DNA from: Thermoproteota archaeon | GTDB taxonomy: Archaea > Thermoproteota > Bathyarchaeia > Bathyarchaeales > Bathyarchaeaceae | Direction of reading: 5' to 3' | DNA length: 64,000 nt | Assembly (NCBI GenBank): GCA_042565955.1 | Contig: JBHORG010000004.1 | Coordinates: forward strand, 31,677 to 95,676 | Shown here: piece after piece, positions 10,511 through 20,968 of the stretch | How the letters are laid out: every line of letters begins with the position of its first letter | Numbering within the stretch: the first letter of the stretch is position 1 | Notes under the pieces: model-generated | Told to the model about the DNA's origin: nothing | Databases searched by the model: none | Seen by the model: only the letters and a program-made list of their open reading frames with translations | Position numbers and translations under genes: made by a program

Positions 10511-11867
10511 ATGCCCAAAAAATTAACCATCGATGAACTTCTTGAAAAAGCGAAGAAACCAGCCAAACTGGCGTTAGCTTATCATCCGTTCTATGGCGGT
10601 AAAGTCCAAGTAATGCCAAAATGTGTTATTCGGGGTTCACAAGACTTTGCTATATGGTACACTCCGGGCGTAGCTGCTTCATGTAAAGCCATAAAAATGA
10701 TCCAGAACAAGTTTTCACTCATACGAGCCGATGGAACTACGTGGCAATTGTTAGCGATGGAACACGGGTCCTAGGTTTGGGAGACATAGGGCCAGAAGCT
10801 GCAATGCCAGTAATGGAGGGAAAAGCTTTACTCTTTAAGTATCTGGGTGGAGTAGACGCTTTTCCAATTTGTTTGACGATTAAGAAAACGGAAGATCTAG
10901 TCACATCATGTAAGTGGTTGGAGCCCACATTTGGAGGAATAAATTTAGAAGACATAACCAAACCCAAATGGTTCCATGTTTTGAAGGATACTCGTCAAGA
11001 ACTAAACATTCCTGTGTGGCATGATGACCAGCAAGGGACGGCTACAGTCATTTTAGCTGGACTCATTAATTCTTTGAAGCTTGTGGGAAAAAGTATGAAC
11101 GAAGAAAAAATTGCTATGCTTGGCGTGGGAGCAGCCAACATGCGAACTGCATTGGTTCTTATGCGGGTAGGCGTTAAGGCTAGTAATATTATAATGGTTG
11201 ATCGGAAGGGGATTCTTCATCCAAATAGAACTGATTTGGAAGCTAGGACAGAAGAGAATCCGTGGAAGTGGTGTTTCTGTCTTGAAACTAATACTGAAGG
11301 ACTTACTGGTAGTGCTGCTGAAGCGTTGAATGGTGCAGATGTTGCAATAGCTGCTTCTAAACCAAACTCTGACACGATCAAGAAGTCTTGGATCAGTAGT
11401 ATGGTGACTGATTCGATTGTTTTTGCATGTGCGAATCCTATTCCCGAGATATGGCCTTGGGACGCAAAAGAGGCGGGAGCAAAGATTGTAGCCACCGGGA
11501 GGTCTGATTTCGCCAATCAGATAAATAATTCATTGGGTTTTCCAGCTATCTTTAGGGGGGTTTTGGATGATAAGGCAACGACTGTTACCGATGATGTGTG
11601 TATAGCTGCGGCGAATGAATTGGAATGTTTTGCAGAGGAGCGAGGAATCAATGAGGAGAACATAGTGCCGAAGATGGATGAGTGGGAGGTTTTCCCCAGA
11701 GAGGCTGTGGCTTGTACTTTGGAGTCAATTAAAGAGGGGGTGCTAGAGTTAAACCGAGTAGACAAGAACTATGGGAGCGTGAAAATAGTATCATAAAGAA
11801 TGCTCGAGAATCAACGAAGCTACTGAAGAAGAAAGGGCTTATTGTGTCTCCTCCTGAGGATATTTGA
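10511..11867 (+). pseudogene. NAD(P)-dependent malic enzyme with two 1-nt deletion frameshifts
   Basis: YTPGVA, SDGTRVLGLGDIG, GGINLED, HDDQQGTA, ATGRSDFANQINN. Frame breaks at A5 (10693-10697) and near G5 (11736-11740). Adding one base at each gives AIKNDPEQVF...WNYVAIV and EGVARVKPSRQELWE...PPEDI*. Confidence 0.85.
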
Positions 11868-12011
11868 TGAAAGGATGTTTGTTGGGTGTTGGCCCCTATC
11901 CTTTTATTATAGTTTTATTCACCTTAATATATAACAGAGTTATAATATAATTAAATAGATGATAACTATTTATTTTATGTGTAAGAATTCTTGCCTCTTG
12001 GAGGTTAATGC

Positions 12012-12254
12012 TTGAGTAACCAAACAAAACCTGACAGAAACCTTGATTGCGTTGGTCTATATTGTCCTGAACCAGTGTTTAGAACCCGTCAAGAGATTGA
12101 CAAATTGGGCGTTGGCGAAATTCTTGAGGTAATCGCAGATGATCCAGCTGCTGAGGAAGATATACCACGTCTGGTCAAGAGGCTTGGTCTTGAACTTCTT
12201 GAATTACATGAAGAAAATGGGGAGTTTCATTTCATCATTAAAAAAGTAAAGTAG
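12012..12254 (+). CDS. tusA: Sulfur carrier TusA/SirA family
   Basis: LDCVGLYCPEP, DDPAAEEDIP. Confidence 0.92.
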   Translation: MSNQTKPDRNLDCVGLYCPEPVFRTRQEIDKLGVGEILEVIADDPAAEEDIPRLVKRLGLELLELHEENGEFHFIIKKVK

Positions 12255-12269
12255 GAAGTATATTGGCTA

Positions 12270-13445
12270 TTGCAGAAAGTCTATATGGATAATGGGGCTG
12301 GGATGCCTTTAGATTATAGGGTATTTGAAGTCATGAAACCGTATTTCCTAGAGAACTACGGAAATCCTTCATCTTCACATTCTTTTGGGAACAACGCTAA
12401 AGTTGCTCTAGCTACTTCAAGAGAAAGAATTGCCCAATTGGTAGGTGCTGAAAAATCTCGAGATATCATTTTTACTTCAGGTGGTACAGAATCCAATAAT
12501 ATGGCGATTAAGGGTGTTGCTTTCCGGAACAAAGGAAAAGGAAACCACATAATCACCACAGCAATCGAACACATATCTGTGATAAACATCTGTAAATATC
12601 TTCAAAAGCAAGGTTTCGAAATAACCTATATTCCCGTAGACAAACAAGGATTAGTTGACCTCGGAAAAATTAAGGAAGCAATAAACGACAAAACATTTCT
12701 CATTTCAGTTATGTACGCAAACGGCGCGATTGGAACAATTCAGCCGATAAGCGAGATAGGAAAGTTAGCTCAAGATAACAATGTCCTGTTTCATGTTGAT
12801 GCTGTAGCTGCGATCGGAAAGGTACCAATCAACGTTAAAGAAGAAAACATAGACCTTCTATCTCTTTCTTCTAATGATATGAATGGACCTAAAGGTGTAG
12901 GAGCTCTGTACATTAAAAAGGGAACAAAAACTCAGCCAATCATTCAGGGTGGCGGTCAAGAGAATGGATTACGTTCAGGATCAGAAAACATTCCTGGCAT
13001 AGTTGGCATGGGCAAGTCAGCTGAAATAGCACAAACAGAGATGGAATCAGAAAGCAAACGGCTGATAGGTTTACGGGACAAGCTGATTACGGGTGTTTTG
13101 GATAATATCAGTCACTCTTTCTTGAATGGTCACCCAAAAAAGAGACTTCCCAACAACGCAAATCTAAGGTTTAGTTATATAGAAGGTGAGTCTCTCATTT
13201 TAGGTCTGGATATGCATGGAATTCAAGTATCCTCTGGCTCTGCGTGTACTTCAAAAACCTTGCAGCCCTCTCATGAGCTATTGGCTATTGGTTTAGCTCA
13301 CGAAGAAGCTCATGGGTCTCTTGTCTTTACGATGGGCAAACAGAACACACAAGAGGATGTGAATTACATACTAGAAGTAATACCCGATGTAGTGAAAAGA
13401 TTGCGGGCACTTTCACCCCTAACCCCAAAAGAAATCTTAAGGTGA
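12270..13445 (+). CDS. iscS: Cysteine desulfurase-like IscS/NifS with PLP lysine replaced by Asp
   Basis: YGNPSS, FTSGGTESNN, HVDAV, SSGSACTS. SSNDMNGPKG stands where S(A/G)HK..GPKG is expected. Confidence 0.93.
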   Translation: MQKVYMDNGAGMPLDYRVFEVMKPYFLENYGNPSSSHSFGNNAKVALATSRERIAQLVGAEKSRDIIFTSGGTESNNMAIKGVAFRNKGKGNHIITTAIEHISVINICKYLQKQGFEITYIPVDKQGLVDLGKIKEAINDKTFLISVMYANGAIGTIQPISEIGKLAQDNNVLFHVDAVAAIGKVPINVKEENIDLLSLSSNDMNGPKGVGALYIKKGTKTQPIIQGGGQENGLRSGSENIPGIVGMGKSAEIAQTEMESESKRLIGLRDKLITGVLDNISHSFLNGHPKKRLPNNANLRFSYIEGESLILGLDMHGIQVSSGSACTSKTLQPSHELLAIGLAHEEAHGSLVFTMGKQNTQEDVNYILEVIPDVVKRLRALSPLTPKEILR

Positions 13446-13451
13446 ATATGA

Positions 13452-13826
13452 GTGTATAGCGAGAAAGTAATGGATCATTTTATGAAACCCCGAAATGTAG
13501 GCGAGATTCCAGACGCGGACGGAGTTGGAACAGTGGGCAATCCAGTTTGTGGAGACTTAATGAATATGTACATCAAAGTGAAAGACAACAAACTAGTTGA
13601 TGTCAAGTTCAAGACATTTGGTTGTGGAGCAGCCATAGCCACGAGTAGCATGACCACAGAACTTGCAATAGGGAAAACTATTGAAGAAGCAATGAAAATT
13701 ACACGGGCTGACGTAGCCAAAAACCTTGGAGGGCTTCCTCCCATCAAGATGCATTGCTCAAACCTAGCTGCAGACGCATTACATGAAGCCATCAAAGACT
13801 ACCAGAAAAAGAAAGAAGGTAAGTAA
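13452..13826 (+). CDS. iscU: Fe-S cluster scaffold IscU/NifU
   Basis: YSEKVMDHF, GNPVCGD, FGCGAAIA, LPPIKMHCS. Confidence 0.96.
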   Translation: MYSEKVMDHFMKPRNVGEIPDADGVGTVGNPVCGDLMNMYIKVKDNKLVDVKFKTFGCGAAIATSSMTTELAIGKTIEEAMKITRADVAKNLGGLPPIKMHCSNLAADALHEAIKDYQKKKEGK

Positions 13827-13961
13827 TGGCGTCACTTACACGGTAAATGTCTATTCGTATTAAAATCCTAACAATCCTTTATTGATAAAAACTTCCTTTC
13901 TTCTGGAAAACTTGGAAACGAAAAGATTCACTATTTGCTTGCCTCTTTGGCTGTTTATTTT

Positions 13962-14624
13962 TTATACTTTAAATGCTGACGGACAAATCTTGTTCAAATT
14001 ACATACGTTGCATTTTGGTTTTCGTGCCATGCAAATGTTCCGTCCATGGAATATCAGCAGGTTGTTTATTCTTTTCCAATAAACCTTTGGAACAATCTCC
14101 ATAAGATCGACTTCAATCTTGTTTGGATTTGTGTTCTCTGTTAATCCCAATCTAATAGAGAGCCTACGAACATGGGTATCAACAGCTATTCCAACTATAA
14201 TTCCGAAAGCATTAGACAATACAATGTTAGCCGTTTTTCGAGCAACACCTGGTAACTCAATTAGCTCTTCCATTGTGCTAGGAACTTTTGAGTCATGTTT
14301 ATTAACCAATACTTGGCTGCTTTTCTTGATGTTTTTGGCCTTGTTTCGATAAAAACCCGTAGACCTGATATCCTTTTCAAGCTCATCTAAATCTGAGTTG
14401 GCGTAATCTTCAGTTGTTTTGTATTTTTTGAAGAGAGATTTCGTGACAATGTTAACTCTTCTGTCTGTGCATTGAGCAGAAAGGATAGTTGCTACTAGAA
14501 TCTCTAGAGGATTCGTATATTTGAGGACAGTCTTTGCTTTTGGGTAATCCTTTTCGAGCAACTCGATAATTTTCATAACTTGCATCTTGGACTCAAGTTC
14601 TGGTTTGTTTGCGATTATTTCCAC
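13962..14624 (-). CDS. nth: Endonuclease III
   Basis: LSAQCTD, HhH LPGVARKTAN, VDTHV, C-X6-C-X2-C-X5-C. Start set to GTG at 14624, which has GAGG upstream. Confidence 0.95.
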   Translation of the reverse strand: MEIIANKPELESKMQVMKIIELLEKDYPKAKTVLKYTNPLEILVATILSAQCTDRRVNIVTKSLFKKYKTTEDYANSDLDELEKDIRSTGFYRNKAKNIKKSSQVLVNKHDSKVPSTMEELIELPGVARKTANIVLSNAFGIIVGIAVDTHVRRLSIRLGLTENTNPNKIEVDLMEIVPKVYWKRINNLLIFHGRNICMARKPKCNVCNLNKICPSAFKV

Positions 14625-14628
14625 TATG

Positions 14629-16356
14629 TTAGCCTCTAATCTTTTTTTCAAGCTCATTTGGATTCTCAACAGATGTACATTTACCCTCAAAGCAAACATA
14701 GGCAGTCGGTACATCTGCAACCGGATATCCGAGAACTTTCAATCGGTCACTGTTTAAAATAGGGTCTAATGTTTCCACGACTTTTAGTGGATTGTATGAT
14801 TTCAGGCTCTCAACTCGCAATTTATTTGTCATAGAGTCTTTTCTTGAACCCACTATATGCACCTGCATCGGATGAAGAAGCAACTCAACAGCTAAGCCAT
14901 AAACGGAGGCAATAATACCGTATCGTTGATAGGTTGTTGCTAAATGTTCCAGGGTTTTCTCTGCGACTTTAAAATACTTCTGCTTACCAGTTAAATGAGA
15001 AAGCCTCAAGAACACATCAGCAGCTACGCTGTTTTCGTTAAAGGGCTTGTCTAGGAGCTTCAAAGCCCCAAAAGCATCAGCCTCTTTTATTTTATCGTAG
15101 AAACCTCTATCGTTGTCCCCCAGTTTGGTTATCATGAAATCTGCAAGACTTTCTGCATTACCCAGGAATTTTCGATCAGAAGTGACTTGATAACAATCTA
15201 TCAAACATTTAGCCATGTAAACTTGGTCTGTGAGAAGACCGGAAAAATGGCTCTTTCCTTCAACAATATAGTAGTTCATTCCATTTTTTTGACTAAAAGC
15301 TGTCTCCAAAAGACGGTCAACAGTCCGCAAAGCAAAATCTTGATAGGTCTGGTCCTCGAGAACCATCGAAGCCATCAGATAACTTGAAATCATCATGGCA
15401 TTCCAGTTCACAAATAAAGTATTGTTTATTCTAGGAGGCGTTCTATTCTGCCTTTCAGGTAGACTTAGTTTGTAGTAAACTTCGTCAGCATCTTGACTCC
15501 CATAAAATCCGCCCTTTTCTCGATCACTAAACTTAACGTTGACATACGTCAAGATTCCCTTGGCTGTGTTTTTGAATGTTTTCTCTTCTGTAACCTGATA
15601 TGCTTCCAAGTAATTGATTAAAAGTTTGGCGTTATCTTCACACATCTTCTCGTAATGGGGTACACTCCAATCACGGGTAGTCGAGTAACGAAAAAAGCCT
15701 CCCTCCACGTTATCATAAATTCCACTATCCCCCATCGCAGTCAAGGTCTTCTTCACAATGTTCAATGCTGCGTTATGCCCCTGAAGATGGTACTGCAGAA
15801 GCGAAAAACTCAATGTCTCACTATGAGGAAACTTAGGAGCATCACCAAAACCCCCATGCACAGAGTCAAACCGTGAGGCAATCCCTAATGTCAAACCATC
15901 AATAACTGACAAAAAACCCTCATGACCCAGATCATATGTTGCAGAAGGTTCTTGTATCTCTTCTTCCAGATCTTTTATTCTAGATTTTATGGTATCTTTG
16001 TTTTTCTGATATAATTCACTTACACGTTCAAGCAAAGCTACCATCTGATGCGGTGGAATATATGTACCTCCAGTTAGAACCTCACCATCTGGAGTCAAGA
16101 AGGCGGTGCTGGGCCAACCTCCCATATTGTATCGTTTATCTATGTCAGGCCGTTGGTCTCTATCCACTCGTATTGGCACAAAGCTATCTTCGATGAGTTT
16201 TGTAACTTCTTTATCAGAATAGCTGGTCTGATCCATGACATGGCACCAATGGCACCAAACTGCACTGATGCCCAAAAGAATTGGTTTATCTTGATCTCTT
16301 GCCTTCTGGAAGGATTCTTCACTCCATGGTAACCATGAAACTTTGGTTTTTGTCAT
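14629..16356 (-). CDS. Thioredoxin-domain protein, YyaL/DUF255 family
   Basis: WCHWCHVM, VDRDQRPDID, GGWP, GGFGDAPKFP, GGFFRYS, PHYEKM. Confidence 0.92.
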   Translation of the reverse strand: MTKTKVSWLPWSEESFQKARDQDKPILLGISAVWCHWCHVMDQTSYSDKEVTKLIEDSFVPIRVDRDQRPDIDKRYNMGGWPSTAFLTPDGEVLTGGTYIPPHQMVALLERVSELYQKNKDTIKSRIKDLEEEIQEPSATYDLGHEGFLSVIDGLTLGIASRFDSVHGGFGDAPKFPHSETLSFSLLQYHLQGHNAALNIVKKTLTAMGDSGIYDNVEGGFFRYSTTRDWSVPHYEKMCEDNAKLLINYLEAYQVTEEKTFKNTAKGILTYVNVKFSDREKGGFYGSQDADEVYYKLSLPERQNRTPPRINNTLFVNWNAMMISSYLMASMVLEDQTYQDFALRTVDRLLETAFSQKNGMNYYIVEGKSHFSGLLTDQVYMAKCLIDCYQVTSDRKFLGNAESLADFMITKLGDNDRGFYDKIKEADAFGALKLLDKPFNENSVAADVFLRLSHLTGKQKYFKVAEKTLEHLATTYQRYGIIASVYGLAVELLLHPMQVHIVGSRKDSMTNKLRVESLKSYNPLKVVETLDPILNSDRLKVLGYPVADVPTAYVCFEGKCTSVENPNELEKKIRG

Positions 16357-16556
16357 GAAATTTGCCTCATTGACATATATGCACCAGAATATTCTATTAC
16401 ATATAGAGCATCTTTGTGGCTAATTAGTTTAAGTTTTTTTCAATTGTTTTCTTTTGGTTGGTTTTCCACAATGCTTATAAAATACGCATGAATATATATT
16501 CATATGAAGTTTGTCTCAAATGATATGGGTTGAAACAATAAAAGGAGAAGAACCTG

Positions 16557-16757
16557 ATGATAAGAAACATTACAAAGAACAACGAAACCCAGAGCAATAC
16601 AGTCAATGAAGTCGAGGAAGTAAACTTTGAAAAAATAAATAACCACCTCAAAAGAGAAGAATCAATAATTATTACCAATGAACCCGAACATAAACCAAAT
16701 ATGAGCTTCATTACATATGACCTAACAACAGAACAGTGGCATTTTATTCATAATTAA
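16557..16757 (+). CDS. Small hypothetical protein
   Basis: AGGAG upstream; ends 2 nt before the next gene. Confidence 0.4.
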   Translation: MIRNITKNNETQSNTVNEVEEVNFEKINNHLKREESIIITNEPEHKPNMSFITYDLTTEQWHFIHN

Positions 16758-16759
16758 AA

Positions 16760-17503
16760 ATGGAAGGAAAAATGATGGTACAACGAAACATCGTTAAAAT
16801 TGATGAAAAGAAATGCAACGGCTGCGGAATATGCATACCAGCCTGTGCAGAAGGAGCAATCCAAATAATTGACGGAAAAGCCAGACTAATCAAAGACATA
16901 TACTGCGACGGCTTAGGTGCGTGCTTGGGAAAATGCCCCCAAGACGCAATAACTATCATACAAAGAGAAGCAAAAGAATTCGACGAAAAAGCAGCAGAAG
17001 AACATGTGAAAAGGGACCAATCAGTTCTAAAAGCTTCTCCTGCTCATCAAGCACCCATGGTATGTCCATCAGTAAGAGAGATGCAATTCAAAAATGAACC
17101 TGAAGAAGATCCCTCCTCAACAATTACAGAACGGAAGAAATCTAGTCTTTCTACCTGGCCTGTCCAGCTAAAGTTGATGCCACCTAATGCGTCCTTCCTA
17201 AAGAATGCAGATCTGCTAATAGCTGCTGATTGTGTGCCCTTTGTCTATGCAAACTTTCATGAAGACATGTTAAAGAACAGAACTCTTGCTATTGGGTGCC
17301 CCAAGCTTGATGATGTAACCCTCTACAGGAACAAATTGGTTGAGATATTTCGAACAGCAGATATTAGAAGTGTCACCGTTGTGAATATGGAGGTACCATG
17401 CTGCTTCGGTTTGAATCGTTTGGTCCAGGAAGCCATAGAGCTTTCAGGAAAAAGTGTTCCTATGAGGCAAGAAACCATTAGCATTAAAGGAGAAAAAATG
17501 TAA
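16760..17503 (+). CDS. 4Fe-4S ferredoxin-domain protein with Cys-rich C-terminal domain
   Basis: CNGCGICIPAC, CDGLGACLGKCP, WPVQL, AADC, GCPKLDD, MEVPCC. Confidence 0.88.
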   Translation: MEGKMMVQRNIVKIDEKKCNGCGICIPACAEGAIQIIDGKARLIKDIYCDGLGACLGKCPQDAITIIQREAKEFDEKAAEEHVKRDQSVLKASPAHQAPMVCPSVREMQFKNEPEEDPSSTITERKKSSLSTWPVQLKLMPPNASFLKNADLLIAADCVPFVYANFHEDMLKNRTLAIGCPKLDDVTLYRNKLVEIFRTADIRSVTVVNMEVPCCFGLNRLVQEAIELSGKSVPMRQETISIKGEKM

Positions 17504-17524
17504 AAATAAGGAGATGAAGAGATA

Positions 17525-17761
17525 ATGGCAAATTCCAATTCAGAATCGTGTCCAGGCATCAAAAAGTTTCTTCGCCCTAAACCAGAATTCATTCAGTGTC
17601 CAAACTGTGCTGGAAGTGTGGAGATTTGGAGCGACGAGGACATAGCAATTTGCGACATATGTAATAAAGAAGTTGGAAGACCAGAAAAAGAAGCGTCTTG
17701 TCTCGAATGGTGTGAATTCGCAGACAAGTGTAGAGCTATAATCAAAAGCAAGACGCATTGA
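17525..17761 (+). CDS. Small 8-Cys metal-binding protein
   Basis: CPG, CPNC..VEIWSDE...CDIC, CLEWC...KC; AGGAG upstream. Confidence 0.75.
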   Translation: MANSNSESCPGIKKFLRPKPEFIQCPNCAGSVEIWSDEDIAICDICNKEVGRPEKEASCLEWCEFADKCRAIIKSKTH

Positions 17762-17861
17762 GGGAGTTTTCCAATATTTGTTTCTTAATTTTTTAGGAAA
17801 AAGGTATTTTCGATAATGCTCTACTAATAGTCTCCTAATGTTAACTTCACTTTTGAGAAGT

Positions 17862-18173
17862 AGCGGGTCGCCTTGGTTCGTCGCCCAGTTTTCGACAGTT
17901 TCCTCAATCTCTGAACTCATATCCGCAATCCCCTAAGCGCTGAACGTCCAAGCTTAGGTTGCTCCCTCCCGGGCCTGGCCAAGTTCGCCTGGTAGACGCG
18001 GTTGACAGCCTCCCTACGAAGGCTGCTCCATGACCGCCAGCCTAAAGGGACGGATAGTCACAGTTAGAGGACTGAGGATGTCTGACGATCTTTAACGCCT
18101 CGCCAAAGCATTCAGCCCGTCGTGTAGAGGGTTTACGGTTCAGGGGACCCCTAGCCCCCCGCCTAGACCCGCC
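17862..18173 (-). ncRNA. ffs: Archaeal SRP RNA (7S)
   Basis: GC-rich, about 312 nt. 5' GGCGGGTC pairs with 3' GACCCGCT, Alu-like 5' domain, helix 8 CCAGGCCC-GGGA-GGGAGCAA, AT-rich TATA-like box upstream. Confidence 0.95.
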
Positions 18174-18490
18174 AACAAAAACAGATACAATAGAAGAATT
18201 AAAAGTTTATCGCAAAAAAAGCGTGTGAGAATAATTTTGGAGTTAATCTAGTATATTATCTTTGGATTGATCCAATGGAATCCTTTTGGGCTTTTTAATT
18301 GTTGATGTTCTAGTAATAGAACAAAAGTGTACTATAATCAGAGCTAATAATGACTTTTTAACAATGAGATAGTAGTGAATAATATTGAAGATCAAAACAA
18401 ACTTTCTCTGGTTTGAGCTTATTTCATTGCTTGTTGGATCTGCTTTTGCTTCGCCTCTTCTAATTTCAGAAAATTGAAAGCACAGGTCTG

Positions 18491-18781
18491 TTGGAAAAAA
18501 ATGGAGCTGGCGAATACATAATAAAAGAGAATATAAGCATCAGCGGTCACATTTGGATTGGCAAAAACCTAGTGCCAAGACTGATATGCTACTCCCTCTT
18601 TTTTCTAGAAATTATGATCATAGAAACAGTTATCATTTCTATTCAATTCTTCTCAATTGGTCAAGTGCCAAATATTGCTCTATTCTATCTAATAGCAACT
18701 AAAGGTATTGCTTTTGTATTATTCCTCAGAGAAGGTCTATTGTTGCGAAAAAAAGGTAGACCCGAAAAAAATGTTAATTGA
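18491..18781 (+). CDS. Small hypothetical membrane protein
   Basis: Two hydrophobic segments and a basic tail; start uncertain. Confidence 0.45.
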   Translation: MEKNGAGEYIIKENISISGHIWIGKNLVPRLICYSLFFLEIMIIETVIISIQFFSIGQVPNIALFYLIATKGIAFVLFLREGLLLRKKGRPEKNVN

Positions 18782-18831
18782 CATACAACGAACTGTCTTT
18801 TAATTGGGTTAAGTTTGCGTTGCTAGTTTGG

Positions 18832-19701
18832 TTATATTGCTCGGGCGTATGCCTCAATCAAATCACGTGCAGAAAGCATGCCCACTAGCTTTCCATTTTT
18901 AGCAATCGGAAGCCTCTTTATATGTTTTGAAGTCATGATCGTAGCGGCATCATGAACACTAATCCCTAAAGGAGCAATAATAAGCGGAGATGAGCAAGCT
19001 TTACCAACTTCTATCTTCAAAGATCTATCTTCTGCCAAAAACTTGGTGAGCAAATCTCTTTCAGTAAATATTCCTATAGGCTCTCCGTGACCTGTGATTA
19101 TTACACTACCGATGCTTCTCTTTCCCATCATCTTTGCTACATTTTCTACGGATATTTCCTCATCAGCTGTTATGATGCCTTTAGTCATGAAATAATCAAC
19201 TTCAGACCATACCTGCATTTTTTCTGGGAACTCAGGAAGACTTCGAATAAGGTCCGTGGCTGTTATTATTCCAACAACTTTTCCAGATTCACGGACTGCA
19301 AGTCGCCGAATTCTCTTCTCAATCATCATTTGGGCTGCCTCTTTGATGCTTGATTTTGGAGATATTGTAATGAGAGGATATGTCATGATTTTCTCAACTT
19401 TTTCTTCTTTTATGGTTGCTCCACCAACTAACCAATCTTTCTCCAAAGCGATTTCTTTGTCCGCAACTTCACGTAAAAGATCCCTTTCGGTGATTATACC
19501 CACTGATGTTTCATACTTTATTACAATCAAACTTCCAATGTGTTTTTCACCCATTAATCTGGCAGCTTCATATAATGTACTTTCTGGAGTTATTGTGGTA
19601 ACATGTCTCATAATTTCCCTTATTTTTTGGTACTGTGCGATAGTCTTTTTCTGTTTTGGGTGCGAGATTTCCTTGGAATCCGAATCTTTGGGCGACTTCA
19701 T
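18832..19701 (-). CDS. Four-CBS-domain protein
   Basis: Two CBS pairs (GIITERDL, IRRLAV, GIFTERDL, IKRLPI). Confidence 0.92.
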   Translation of the reverse strand: MKSPKDSDSKEISHPKQKKTIAQYQKIREIMRHVTTITPESTLYEAARLMGEKHIGSLIVIKYETSVGIITERDLLREVADKEIALEKDWLVGGATIKEEKVEKIMTYPLITISPKSSIKEAAQMMIEKRIRRLAVRESGKVVGIITATDLIRSLPEFPEKMQVWSEVDYFMTKGIITADEEISVENVAKMMGKRSIGSVIITGHGEPIGIFTERDLLTKFLAEDRSLKIEVGKACSSPLIIAPLGISVHDAATIMTSKHIKRLPIAKNGKLVGMLSARDLIEAYARAI

Positions 19702-19784
19702 CTCCTCATCATTAATACTAATTGCTGATTGAGTATATACAATTGTTCATAAACACTTTCAACAATGTTACATTAGTAACTGGT

Positions 19785-20779
19785 TTAATCCAAGTACCAT
19801 TCTCCAATGAAAAAGATTTTTTGTCATCTTTTGAAAAAATGGGATGATGGCATAGAAAATCTGTTGGAAAATATTCAGGAGTTATATTTTTGTTTTCTGA
19901 ACCAATAGAATTCATGATGTACATGTCATATTTTCCTTCATTTCCGATAGCACCAACCGCAAATACAATTTGTTCTCCTGAATGAGACCAGATTGGTAGC
20001 CCTTGTGAGTATCCCGTATCAGTCACAGCTATTTCTTCAGTATCCTCAACATTGATTATGTAAATGTTATAGTTTCCATGAGTGGTTTTGTCATTAATCA
20101 GTCGCTCAAAAACAATTCTGTTTCTATTTGGATCAAGGTTGGGATCGTAATCCCCAAAAGGCAAAACAGAATCACCCCACTCTCCCGCTCTAGGAGGATC
20201 CGTAACCTGAATTAGCTCTGTTTTATCTTCGTTCATAATCCAGATTTGGCTGTTTCTTGTAAAAACTAGTTTGCCACCTGAACAATGCAGGTCGTTGTCA
20301 TGATAACCCGAATCGTAAACTTCAATTTTGTCACCATTAGCATCCATTCTGAATATATCTAAGGTTTCGACAAAAGAGAGGAAAAATATGCTAGAATCGT
20401 CAGCAGACCAGTTAGGAATCAAATCCCAGAGATTATTATTCGTGATTCGTTTAAAATCCTCGCCGTCAATACGGATACTACAGATCTCTTCGTAAATTTT
20501 CTCGGGCGAACCTTCTATTAAAAATTCAGTACTGTTGTCAAAATCTTGAGAAAAAACCAGTCTATCTCCAGCATTATTAAGCCGAATCCGAGAAATCATG
20601 TTTGCCGAAGAGTAAATCAATTCGATTTCTCGGTTTTCTAAATCCAAAACGTATATTCCCCATTTCTGTTCATGAACTAATTCATTGTTCTCGATACTTT
20701 TGGGTTTATTATTTGATATCAATGTGCCAAAAACTAAAGCAACAACAAGAAACGCAACCACCGAAATGACAATTTTCAT
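19785..20779 (-). CDS. Membrane-anchored TolB/PD40-repeat beta-propeller protein with a frameshift near the C-terminus
   Basis: N-terminal TM segment; repeats PNWSADDSSIFF and PIWSHSGEQIVF. One extra A in the A6 run (19817-19822) gives PIFSKDDKKIFFIGEWYLD*. Confidence 0.8.
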
Positions 20780-20968
20780 GTTTATCGACAATTTGCCATT
20801 ACCAACACCATGCAAAGAAATATCCTAAATGGAATTAGAGTATCTATTTTAGTCAAAAGAATATGTAACTTTTACTCAAAAATACAATCCCTCAGATAGT
20901 TAGGCTATTCAGAATATAGAGATAGATAAATAAAAACCGCAAGTGTAAAACCTACAGGAGGATATCAT

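Noticed and set aside
17540-17920. 126-aa minus-strand ORF
   Set aside because: Starts inside the SRP RNA and runs antisense to the Cys-rich gene; shadow ORF.
18385-18477. Signal-peptide-like 30-aa fragment (ISLLVGSAFASPLLISE)
   Set aside because: Too short to assign; probably a deletion remnant.
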